A DNA stretch of 64,000 bases from a virus. Taxonomy: Duplodnaviria; Caudoviricetes. Both the position numbers and the translations under genes were made by a program. Positions 18,527 through 26,999 of this stretch are shown here, in pieces. The stretch lies in the IMG/VR virus record IMGVR_UViG_2863371048_000001; one strand, given 5' to 3'. Position 1 is the first letter of the stretch; each line of letters opens with the position of its first letter. The notes beneath the pieces were generated by a model. It worked only from the letters and a program-made list of their open reading frames with translations, was not told where the DNA came from and made no database searches.

Positions 18527-18721
18527 ATGAACCACCAGCCCGATCCCCTGCTCACCGCCGGAGAGGTCGCGCGCATGTTCCGCGTCGACCCCAAGACCGT
18601 CACCCGCTGGGCCGCCGCCGGCCGCATCGGCTCCATCCGCACCCCCGGCGGCCACCGGCGCTACAGCGAGACCGAGTGCCGCGCCCTCCTGGAGGGCAGC
18701 AGGACGGGGGGCCAGGCATGA
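18527..18721 (+). CDS. bldC: BldC-family MerR-like regulator
   Basis: PLLT..EVA.MFRVDPKTVTRWA.AG...SIRT.GGHRRY.E.E.RALL, matching Streptomyces BldC as I recall it. Confidence 0.9.
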   Translation: MNHQPDPLLTAGEVARMFRVDPKTVTRWAAAGRIGSIRTPGGHRRYSETECRALLEGSRTGGQA

Positions 18722-19134
18722 GCGACTCCCCGATCACCCTGCGCCTGCCGCTGGCCATGCTCGACCTACTCGTGCCGTCCGGCTCAACCCTGCCGCTGGC
18801 GTGGGTCGTCCTGGTGGGCCACCGCGAGCAGATCCAGACGACGCTGGACGGACGGCCGGTGTACGGCGACGTCACTTCCTGGTCCCCGGTCATGCCGGTG
18901 GCCGACCAGGGGGAGGCCCTCGCGACCGCCGAGCGGCTGGGCGAAGCCGCGATCGGTGGCATTTGCGCCGCCGAGTGGAACTGGTATCCGGTGACCGACG
19001 ACGGTGACCAGCCCATCACGAAGCTGTGGGGCGTGGTCGACGGCGACGAGGTGCGGCCCGAGGTGGCGATCGCGCCGCTGCTGGCGCTGCTGGCCGACCA
19101 GCCCAAGCAGGCCCCGGCGGCGTCACATGGCTGA
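18718..19134 (+). CDS. hypothetical protein
   Basis: ATGA overlap. Confidence 0.6.
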   Translation: MSDSPITLRLPLAMLDLLVPSGSTLPLAWVVLVGHREQIQTTLDGRPVYGDVTSWSPVMPVADQGEALATAERLGEAAIGGICAAEWNWYPVTDDGDQPITKLWGVVDGDEVRPEVAIAPLLALLADQPKQAPAASHG

Positions 19135-19227
19135 GATCAGCATCCCCACCGGCCCCATCGAGACCGAGCCGTACGACGTGATCCTGTCCTCCCTCCCACC
19201 CGTTCCTGCCGTACCCGAGGAGACCCG

Positions 19228-19572
19228 ATGACCAACCCTGACGGGGTCCTGGCCGCGATCGACGCCTGCCTCTCGGACTACTCGGTCAGCCCGGACGCCA
19301 TGCGTTGCGCACCGGACGTAGATGCGGAGCCCACTCGCCCACGGCCGAGCAACGGCACGGGCATCCTCTGGGACGGCACCCGCGTCTCCTGGGACGGGAC
19401 CGGCGAGATCCTCTCCTGGCCCCTGGCTACCCCGCATCCAGCCGAGTGGCAGTACACGACCGTCGGGACGGATCCCGCAGTCGTAGAGGTGCGACGCAAC
19501 GGCCAGCCGTGGGGCGCCTACCTTTACCAGCCCGAGTCGGCTCTCGAAGGGACGACACTGCCCCCGGAATGA
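19228..19572 (+). CDS. hypothetical protein
   Basis: GAGGAG RBS; D.SVSPDAMR motif. Confidence 0.55.
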   Translation: MTNPDGVLAAIDACLSDYSVSPDAMRCAPDVDAEPTRPRPSNGTGILWDGTRVSWDGTGEILSWPLATPHPAEWQYTTVGTDPAVVEVRRNGQPWGAYLYQPESALEGTTLPPE

Positions 19573-19702
19573 TCGCCACCGCTTGATCGCTGAACACGCG
19601 AAAGGCGGCCCCTCGCACCACCGAGGAGCCGCCCATTAACGCCACATCAGACGCACCCGTCCCGGCGGTCTGCCCGTAAGCGTACGAGATCGGGGAGACC
19701 AC

Positions 19703-20479
19703 ATGACCTACGACGACATCGACCGCTGGTGCCAGGGTCCGTGCATGCAGGGCGCCCGCCGCAGGGCTCGCGACTACGACGCCGCCATCACCGCCTACCG
19801 GGCCGCCTACGACCAGTGGCTGGCCGGCGCCCTCGACGAGATCCCGACCATGCCGGAAGCGCCTCGCCTCGGCATCGCCGTCCTCGGCGACCCGGTGTAC
19901 TGCCAGGCCTGCACGTACGGCGTGAAAGCCAAGCTGAGCCGTTTGGACGGCATGGCGTGCATCTACGCCCGGGAGGCCGACGGCATGCGCGGCGCGTCCT
20001 CCGAGGCCCGCGTGTCCGGCTCCTCCGAACGAGCCAGCCTCTCACCCACCGTGGAAGACCTCGACGAGCTCGACGGGTGGCTCCGCGACTGGCGGGCCGT
20101 CTACCTCGGCGCTGACTCCATCTCCCGGCAGGGTGGCCTTACCGACTCCCTCACCCTCGGCTGCGCGTGGTTGGTCGCCCGCCTCGAACGCATCATGGCC
20201 CGCCCCAGCATCGCCGCTGACTTCGGCCAGGAGGTCAACGCCTGGCACGCGCGGCTGGCCCGGTTCGACGCCGCTGACGTCGTCGTCCACCGCAAACCAC
20301 TGAGGTGCCCGTCGTGTGCCGGCCTCACCCTGGAATGGCGGGAAGGCGAAGACAAGGTCACCTGCCGCATGCGGGACTGCGGCCGAATCCTCCTCGTCAC
20401 CGAGTACGACGCGCTGGTGGAAGAGGCCGTCAAGCCGGTTCGCCGCCCTGCCCGATCTGAAACAATGATCACATTGTGA
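19703..20479 (+). CDS. Zn-ribbon protein, candidate late-transcription activator
   Basis: several CxxC motifs; last gene of the middle operon before the packaging genes. Confidence 0.6.
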   Translation: MTYDDIDRWCQGPCMQGARRRARDYDAAITAYRAAYDQWLAGALDEIPTMPEAPRLGIAVLGDPVYCQACTYGVKAKLSRLDGMACIYAREADGMRGASSEARVSGSSERASLSPTVEDLDELDGWLRDWRAVYLGADSISRQGGLTDSLTLGCAWLVARLERIMARPSIAADFGQEVNAWHARLARFDAADVVVHRKPLRCPSCAGLTLEWREGEDKVTCRMRDCGRILLVTEYDALVEEAVKPVRRPARSETMITL

Positions 20480-20586
20480 TCTCACCCCCGCCCTGCCCCA
20501 CCATCTCCGCGGATGTGACCCTGTGCGCTGATCGCAGCGCACGGGTCATCCCGTTCGTCCTCCCTCTGCATGTGCCTGAGGAGTCG

Positions 20587-20892
20587 ATGAACATGACCGT
20601 CCGCGACTGGCTCCGACTCGACGAGAGAGCCATGATGGTCGGGATGCTCGACCAGGCGGCCATCATCGCCCGGATCAGGGAACTCCGGCTCGCCCGCGGG
20701 CTGACAATCCAGTACCTCGCCGATCAGACGGGAATCCACCGTTCGATCATCGGCAAGTTGGAGCGCGGCAAGCGCAAAACGTTCAACCTCGATGAGGCCA
20801 GGGCCCTATGTGACGCTCTCAAGGTTGATCTGCGAATGGTGATCAGCGATGAACCAATGTCGATCGTCACGAAGGTTTACACGGTCTCGTAG
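20587..20892 (+). CDS. XRE-family transcriptional regulator
   Basis: RIRELRLARGLTIQYLADQTGIHRSIIGKLERG. Confidence 0.85.
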   Translation: MNMTVRDWLRLDERAMMVGMLDQAAIIARIRELRLARGLTIQYLADQTGIHRSIIGKLERGKRKTFNLDEARALCDALKVDLRMVISDEPMSIVTKVYTVS

Positions 20893-20967
20893 ACACCCAG
20901 TGCGCCGAAGTCAACCCTTGACTTGCGTAATTTGATCAGCTCTGCAACGCTAGATCCCACCACAGTT

Positions 20968-20997
20968 ATGCCCTCAGACCTCCCCGTCTGAGGGCAT
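20968..20997 (+). terminator. intrinsic terminator or attenuator hairpin
   Basis: ATGCCCTCAGAC / GTCTGAGGGCAT followed by TTCGTATTT. Confidence 0.6.
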
Positions 20998-21018
20998 TTC
21001 GTATTTCCGGGGGTGGCC

Positions 21019-21210
21019 ATGTCCTCCGACCCTCAACCGCATGACGTCGTCACACCGACGCAGGCAGCCCGCGAATGGGGTGTCCCGCCGGGCACGGTCC
21101 GCTCTTGGATCTCCCGCGCCGGGGTCGAGCCCCTCGGGCGTATCGGCCGCTACAACGTGTACGACTACCGCCGCTTGGCCGAGCTGGAACGCGACCACCG
21201 CGCCGCTTGA
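21019..21210 (+). CDS. small MerR-like HTH protein
   Basis: VTPTQAAREWGVPPGTVRSWISR. Confidence 0.75.
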   Translation: MSSDPQPHDVVTPTQAAREWGVPPGTVRSWISRAGVEPLGRIGRYNVYDYRRLAELERDHRAA

Positions 21211-21523
21211 GCCCCATAGACGCGCACTCCTGGCGGAGGTGCGCCCGCTTCGGAGGTTGGCCCCCCGGCCCTCCGGAGCATGCGACCCGGCCCCTCTGGG
21301 GGTGCGGGGTCGGGTCGCACCCCTTCGCACGCGCGGACGCCCACCAAACGAATGTGGTTGACATCACCATGAACGTTTTGCGATGGCACGCCCGCTAAGC
21401 CCGAGAAAATGGGCAATGACCTGGTAAAATCCAGGTATTCGGATTCTCAAATGAGAATGCCCCGGCAGTCGTTAGGACCGACCACCGAGGCGAGCCGATC
21501 AATCCTCTGTACAGGAGATCGAC

Positions 21524-22411
21524 ATGGACAACGGTAGCTTGTTTGGTCCGGACGACTCACAGCGGGGCTCCGCTGACGTGGAGGTCTTCACCTTCCCGGC
21601 GACCGGCCAGCAGATCCGGATCATCGGCACCGCCGAGAATCCCCTCTTCTGCCACGCCGACGTGTGCCGGGGGCTCGACCACTCGAACCCGTCTGTCGCG
21701 CTCGCGCTCGTGGATGACGACGACCGCGTCCAGGTGGACGCCCGCGAAACGGACATTCCTAACCTAAACAGGGACAAAATCATCAATCCGATGATGTGGT
21801 TCCTGACAGAGTCCGGCTTCTACGACCTCGCCCTCGCCAGCAAGGCCCCCGGCGCCAAGGCATTCAAGCGGTGGATCACCCACAACGTTCTGCCCACCCT
21901 CCGCAAGACGGGCAGCTACGGGCTCGTGCCCAAGCAGTTCGACCCCACCGACCTCGACCACGTCGTGCAGCTCGCGCAGATCGCCGCCGACCAGAAGCGC
22001 CAGATCGAGGCGCAGGGCGAGAAGATCGCCGAACTCACGCCCGGCTATGAACTTGCGGAGACGTACGCCGGGGCTGGCGGGACGATGACAATCCGCACGT
22101 TCGCGCGGACGGTCCAGCAGTGGGCACAGCCTCGCGACATCAAGGTGCTGCAGGAGCACGTGTTCGACTTCCTCGGCATGATCGGCATGGTGATCCGGTC
22201 GAACACGTCGGAGAAGGGGCAGGCGACCGCGACCGCTCTCAAGGCGGGCTGGTGCGAGAACAGCACCACCGACTACACGACGCACACGCGCGGCACGCTG
22301 CTCACCACGTACGCCCGGCTCACACCGAAGGGCGTCAACCACGCGTGGAAGCGCATCCACCAGGCGATCGGCGAGTTCGGCACCCTGGACCCCAAGGTGA
22401 TCAACCCGTGA
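21524..22411 (+). CDS. BRO-N / KilAC-type phage antirepressor
   Basis: P.FCHADVCRGL...LTESGFYDLALASKAPGAKAFKRWITHNVLPTLRKTGSY; C-terminal LTPKG. Confidence 0.9.
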   Translation: MDNGSLFGPDDSQRGSADVEVFTFPATGQQIRIIGTAENPLFCHADVCRGLDHSNPSVALALVDDDDRVQVDARETDIPNLNRDKIINPMMWFLTESGFYDLALASKAPGAKAFKRWITHNVLPTLRKTGSYGLVPKQFDPTDLDHVVQLAQIAADQKRQIEAQGEKIAELTPGYELAETYAGAGGTMTIRTFARTVQQWAQPRDIKVLQEHVFDFLGMIGMVIRSNTSEKGQATATALKAGWCENSTTDYTTHTRGTLLTTYARLTPKGVNHAWKRIHQAIGEFGTLDPKVINP

Positions 22412-22773
22412 CCACTCCCACCGAGACCGACATCCTGCGTTTCTGCGTCGCACTCTGCGCCGCCCGCGACGACGAAGACGAAGTGCGGCAGGTCATCGAG
22501 CAGCACCTCGCCAACATCGACCCGTACCTCCACACCACCTACCTCAAGGTCAGCTTGCGGGTCGTCGTCGCACAGTTCTTCGCCCCGCCCGCCCGTCGTC
22601 TCGACCACGAGCTCGGCGTGGACTTCGTAGACGCAGGCCTCCGCCTCCAGGCCATGGCCAACGAGGGTCTCGATGACCAGGCCGCTGACGACCCCGATAG
22701 AGGCCCGCACCTCAAACTCGTCGCCGACGATGAGTTCGACGTAGGCCTCCGGAAGCTCCTCAAAGGGTCCTGA
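22408..22773 (+). CDS. hypothetical protein
   Basis: GTGA overlap. Confidence 0.6.
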   Translation: MTTPTETDILRFCVALCAARDDEDEVRQVIEQHLANIDPYLHTTYLKVSLRVVVAQFFAPPARRLDHELGVDFVDAGLRLQAMANEGLDDQAADDPDRGPHLKLVADDEFDVGLRKLLKGS

Positions 22774-22893
22774 CCCCACCTTCTTCGGCCTGACTGCCCC
22801 GCGCGAGGTGGTCAGGCCGTTGCCATGCTCGGGCGGACGGCTGAGCGGTCCACGGATAGGCCGTCCGCCCGGATCCACTCCTGGGAGGCCAGC

Positions 22894-23076
22894 GTGCACG
22901 TACGACACCGCTGGACCCCGGTAGAGACCATCGGCCGCGTCGTCACCTCACGCTGCCGCATCTGTGGAAAGACCAAGACTCGCGTCACCTCGCTGCCATC
23001 TGGGGCACGTGACGCGCTGATCGCTCTCGGCTGGACCCCGCCAGCTAGTGATCAAGGGATGCCCAGGTCGCCGTGA
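22894..23076 (+). CDS. small Zn-ribbon protein
   Basis: GGAGG RBS; HRW...CRICGK. Confidence 0.45.
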   Translation: MHVRHRWTPVETIGRVVTSRCRICGKTKTRVTSLPSGARDALIALGWTPPASDQGMPRSP

Positions 23077-23119
23077 TGCGACCTGCGGGTTCTCAGCACA
23101 CATCGGATGCCACAGCACG

Positions 23120-23494
23120 TCAGCCAGCGGGTAGATCGACTTCGTACTCTGGGCACGACCAGGTCACCGCGATCCGGGCATACCTGCCGGCGTCACCGCC
23201 CGAGATCCCTGCGTCGAGCATCCCCTTAATGACGTGCGCCCACGTCCCGCCTGCGCGGAACACCTCACACACGCTCACGGCGAGCCGGTCGAGATTCCCA
23301 TCATCCCGACTCGCGAGCGAGGGAACGTTCTTGCGAACCAGCTCGTGATACTGCTCGGCCGTGAGGGCAGCGCCACTCTGGGCAGGTCCCGGATCCGGCT
23401 GTGCGCCTGGCGCGAGAACCATCGCCAGGGTGGCAATGGCCACCAGGGCGCAGCCCGCCAACGCGAGCACCGCCAGAAGCTTGATGCCACGCAT
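23120..23494 (-). CDS. DUF732-like secreted or membrane protein
   Basis: N-terminal TM; LAVSVC..F..G...A..AV...CPEY pattern; GGAGG RBS. Confidence 0.7.
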   Translation of the reverse strand: MRGIKLLAVLALAGCALVAIATLAMVLAPGAQPDPGPAQSGAALTAEQYHELVRKNVPSLASRDDGNLDRLAVSVCEVFRAGGTWAHVIKGMLDAGISGGDAGRYARIAVTWSCPEYEVDLPAG

Positions 23495-23757
23495 CGGACC
23501 TCCCGCTGAGAGCAGAGTGATGCGGGCATCGTCCACCGGTAAGCCGATCACCGCCACCCTGCCGTCATCACGATTCGGAACCGCCGATGCCTCGGGGCCT
23601 CAGTCGTAGACGGGGCAGTTCACATTGAGGGCGGGCCTCGTCATATGCCGGGGGAGTTCTAAGCCGGGGTGCCGAACAGGGCGCCCCACCATCCCCACCC
23701 GCAACCTGCCCCCTACCTCCGAGCAGACCGACGACATCATCACGTTTGGACTTCCTG

Positions 23758-24099
23758 ATGCCACGACGTGAATGCCTCAACCGCCGGTGCCGGGTACTCC
23801 ACTCGGGGCCTGGCCCCCGCTGCCCGACGTGCACCACCCAGCAAGAACAAGCGCGTGATGCTGCACGAGGAACGACCACTCAGCGTGGACTAGGTGCCGA
23901 CCACCAGGCAGCAGCACGACAGATCCTGGCCAATGCCGAACTGTGCGCTGTGTGTGGCCTGCCTCCTACCGCTGATGACCCGCTGGAAGCAGGACACATC
24001 AGACCTCGCGTTCACGGCGGAACGAACGACATCACCAACTACCGAGCTGAGCACCGCTCATGCAACCGTGGTCAAGGTGCCACCCTGCGCAAGCGCTGA
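23758..24099 (+). CDS. packaging-associated HNH endonuclease (HK97 gp74-like)
   Basis: MPRREC...C; CAVCG...GHI...HGG.ND..N....H..CN; directly upstream of the terminase. Confidence 0.85.
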   Translation: MPRRECLNRRCRVLHSGPGPRCPTCTTQQEQARDAARGTTTQRGLGADHQAAARQILANAELCAVCGLPPTADDPLEAGHIRPRVHGGTNDITNYRAEHRSCNRGQGATLRKR

Positions 24100-24146
24100 C
24101 CTCCACGCCTCCGTACAGAACGGGGCGGGACGTTTCCGGTGGCGCC

Positions 24147-24307
24147 CTGTGCACCCCGTGTGGCCACCCACCTGCCCGGCCGACCACCCCCTCATGGCAG
24201 CACACACCCTCGCTCGTCCTCATGGTGAACCGAACGACATCATGAGTCATCGAACCGAGAATCGATCATGTAACTACGGAAAACGCTCCGACCTGCACAA
24301 ACACTGA
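24147..24307 (+). pseudogene. frameshifted partial duplicate of the HNH C-terminus
   Basis: LCTPCGHPP then shifted ADHPLMAAH...HGEPNDI...NRSCN, aligning with the upstream HNH. Confidence 0.65.
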
Positions 24308-24319
24308 GTCGCCTCACTC

Positions 24320-24425
24320 TGTCCCTACCCCAGGGGGGTGGGACGTTTCCGCAGGTCAGAGCGTTGCCGCCTGACCCGTGCCCCCGCGTCTTTTTTCCGT
24401 GGTACCTCACGATGACCCCCCTTGG
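24320..24425. other. probable cos/packaging-initiation region
   Basis: noncoding G-run and T-run sequence between HNH and terS; positional inference only. Confidence 0.4.
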
Positions 24426-24439
24426 CAGGAGGCCCCCTG

Positions 24440-24955
24440 ATGCCTCGTACGAAGAAGCCAGCGGGTTCAACGGTGGACAAGCGCAACGGACGCAAGGCGG
24501 AGTTGGCCAACCTTCCCGGCGCCCGGTTCGACCCGCCCGGCGACTTGTGCGATCAGGCGCTCGGACAGTGGGATCGGTACTGGGATGACCCGGTCTCCCA
24601 GGTGCAGACGCCCGCTGACCATGACCTGCTGTGCCGGTGGATCGCCAACGTGGACCGCTACTGGCGGCTGATCCGTGAGGCCGACCTGGAGCCGATGACG
24701 ACGAACTCGCAGGGCCGGGTGGCCAACCCGCTGTACGCCATCGCGCTGAAGATCGAGACGTCAGTGAAGGCGGATGAGGCGCAGATCGGGATCGGCCCGA
24801 AGAACCGGGCGGCGCTGGGCATCGCGGTGGTCGCTGAACGTAGGTCGCTCGCGGACATGAACGCTCGGTATGGGGGTGGCGTGGATGGCAGCAACGACCG
24901 CGCCGAAGAGGAAGACCCGCGCCTCCGCGTCATCCAAGGGACGGCCGAAGGCTGA
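24440..24955 (+). CDS. terminase small subunit (P27-like)
   Basis: NSQGRVANPLY...IGIGPKNRAAL; AGGAGG RBS; position. Confidence 0.8.
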   Translation: MPRTKKPAGSTVDKRNGRKAELANLPGARFDPPGDLCDQALGQWDRYWDDPVSQVQTPADHDLLCRWIANVDRYWRLIREADLEPMTTNSQGRVANPLYAIALKIETSVKADEAQIGIGPKNRAALGIAVVAERRSLADMNARYGGGVDGSNDRAEEEDPRLRVIQGTAEG

Positions 24956-26522
24956 GCCGCCCTGTCAGGGCTGCGGTTGGCGGCCGGCGGCCGGCGAGCT
25001 GTGGCCCTCGCACGGGGCGATCGGGGTCCGCTGGATCGAAGACAATCTGATCTTCGCTGAAGGGGACTACTTCGGCCGGCCATTCCGGCTGCGTACCGAC
25101 CAGAGGATGTTTCTCTATCGGTGGTATGAGTTTTGTCCCTCCTGCTGGACGGACCGGGCCAGGCCGCCGCGGTGGCGCTACCGGCGGGCACTGCGCGGTG
25201 CAGCCAAGGGCGACGGCAAAACGGCGTTCATCGCGGCGATCGGCTGCCTGGAGTTCGCCGGCCCCCCGTGCATCGCGACGATCAGCCCGAACGTGCCCAT
25301 CATGGCTGCGTCGTTCGAGCAGGCCGACCTGTTGTTCTCGGCTGCGGCAACGATGCTGGGCGGCAAGGACAACCAGGTCACCGAGGCCCCACTCGTCGGG
25401 TTGTTCGAGGTGTACGACACTGAGATCAAGTTCGGGGACGGGCGGCCTGGACGGTTGTACCGGGTAGCTGCGGTGGGCGGTACCAACGACGGCTCGTTGC
25501 CGACGACGCTGATTGCCGACGAACTGCACGAGCTCGGCGAGGTCGGCTCCCGGAAAGCGCGAGCACATCTGGTCATCTCCAACGGTCTGCGTAAACGGCA
25601 GCACGGTAGGGAGATCAACCTCAGTACGGCGGGGTTCGACGTGGACGCCTCGCTGCTGGGCGAGATGTACAAGCACGGGCGCCGCGTCTTGCTGGATGCG
25701 TCGATCGACCCGGAGTTCCTGTTCGACTGGCAGGAAGCCCCGGACGGGTTGAACTACGACCTGCCCGCAGACCGGGAGATCGCCGTGCGGGCCGCCTCGC
25801 AGGCCGCTGGAGCGCTGTGGGACGTCGCTGATCGGGTGCGGCGGTACAACGAGCCGGGCGTGCTCAAGCACGAGTGGATCCGCTACTACGCCAACCGATG
25901 GGTCGAGGTCGCCGAAGACTCCTGGTTGAAGGACCACCCGCAGGCGTGGAACGTCTGCCAAGGCGACGCGACAATCCCGGACAAGGCTGAGGTCGTCGTG
26001 GCGGTCGACATGGCGCTCAAGCGCGACTCGGTGGCCGTGCTGACCGCATGGAAGAACCCCGAAGGGCGCATCGCCGTAAAGGTGAAGATCTGGCAACCCC
26101 ACGGCGGCCGGATCGACCACCTCCAGGTCGTCGACTACATCCGCCGTGACCTGGCCAACCAGTACACGATCAGCGAGATCACCTACGACCCACGATTCTT
26201 CGAGGTTCCCGCCCGACTGCTGGAGGACGAGGGTTTCAACCTCGTGGAGTTCCCGCAGAGCATCGAGCGAATGACGCCGGCCTGCGGTCAGGCACTGGAG
26301 GCGATCCTCGAAGGTCTGGTGGTCCACGACGGCGACCCGGACCTCGCGGCACATGTGACCAGTGCGGTCATGCGACCAAACGAACGCGGGTTCACGCTCA
26401 GCAAGGGCAAGTCCAAACGCAAGATCGACGCCTGTATCGCTCTGGTCATCGCTCTGTGGCGCATCCTCGCGCCTGACCCAGAAGAAGAACAATCCGCGGA
26501 GCCGTGGGCCGCCTGGGTCTGA
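24885..26522 (+). CDS. terminase large subunit
   Basis: AAKGDGKT Walker A, LIADELHE Walker B, VDMA..RD nuclease motif, KRKIDACIA. Confidence 0.92.
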   Translation: MAATTAPKRKTRASASSKGRPKAEPPCQGCGWRPAAGELWPSHGAIGVRWIEDNLIFAEGDYFGRPFRLRTDQRMFLYRWYEFCPSCWTDRARPPRWRYRRALRGAAKGDGKTAFIAAIGCLEFAGPPCIATISPNVPIMAASFEQADLLFSAAATMLGGKDNQVTEAPLVGLFEVYDTEIKFGDGRPGRLYRVAAVGGTNDGSLPTTLIADELHELGEVGSRKARAHLVISNGLRKRQHGREINLSTAGFDVDASLLGEMYKHGRRVLLDASIDPEFLFDWQEAPDGLNYDLPADREIAVRAASQAAGALWDVADRVRRYNEPGVLKHEWIRYYANRWVEVAEDSWLKDHPQAWNVCQGDATIPDKAEVVVAVDMALKRDSVAVLTAWKNPEGRIAVKVKIWQPHGGRIDHLQVVDYIRRDLANQYTISEITYDPRFFEVPARLLEDEGFNLVEFPQSIERMTPACGQALEAILEGLVVHDGDPDLAAHVTSAVMRPNERGFTLSKGKSKRKIDACIALVIALWRILAPDPEEEQSAEPWAAWV

Positions 26523-26533
26523 GAGGGAGACGA

Positions 26534-26767
26534 ATGGCGAACTTGATGATCCCGCTGGAGCGCATCAACGCTGAGGCGCGCACGCTCGACCCCGCCAAGA
26601 CCTTGGTGCTGCTGGCCAGACTGGTGGGCACCGTCCTGCTGGCCATCCCGTACGCCCTGGGGTGGACGCTGCGCAAGGCGTGGATGGGGGTAGCCCTGCT
26701 GTGGACTGCTGCGGTGGTCGGGTGGCAGGAGGCCGGGCGTTCACGGCAGGCGGTGCCTGATGAGTGA
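26534..26767 (+). CDS. small membrane protein between terL and portal
   Basis: hydrophobic segments; RBS. Confidence 0.6.
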   Translation: MANLMIPLERINAEARTLDPAKTLVLLARLVGTVLLAIPYALGWTLRKAWMGVALLWTAAVVGWQEAGRSRQAVPDE

Positions 26768-26996
26768 GCCTGAGGGCGCCCTGCCCGTCGAGGTGACTGA
26801 GGCGCTGATAGTGCGCCCGGGGGACACGCTAATCCTGCGCCTGGCCTCGAATACGACCCCTGAACAGTTCGCACGCAGCCGAGAGATGGTTGGGCCAGGC
26901 CTGAAGGAGCGGCTGCCCGGCGTTGAGGTCGTCTGGCTCGGCGGCATAGAGCAGATGGCCGTCTACCACCCGGATCAGCGGATAGAGGGTGACTGA
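26760..26996 (+). CDS. hypothetical protein
   Basis: ORF track, overlap. Confidence 0.55.
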   Translation: MSEPEGALPVEVTEALIVRPGDTLILRLASNTTPEQFARSREMVGPGLKERLPGVEVVWLGGIEQMAVYHPDQRIEGD

Positions 26997-26999
26997 GCC

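Noticed and set aside
19703-21210. Zn-ribbon gene and downstream small HTH as a split activator interrupted by the XRE gene
   Set aside because: Plausible from my memory of fused homologues, but no insertion scar is visible and both ORFs have normal starts and stops.
23894-24307. 137-aa ORF as an intact gene
   Set aside because: It is an off-frame read of the HNH gene joined to the frameshifted duplicate fragment.
21210-24430. tRNA or tmRNA genes in the intergenic gaps
   Set aside because: No cloverleaf or T-loop GTTCRA signature recognised; a tRNAscan-SE/ARAGORN run would settle it.
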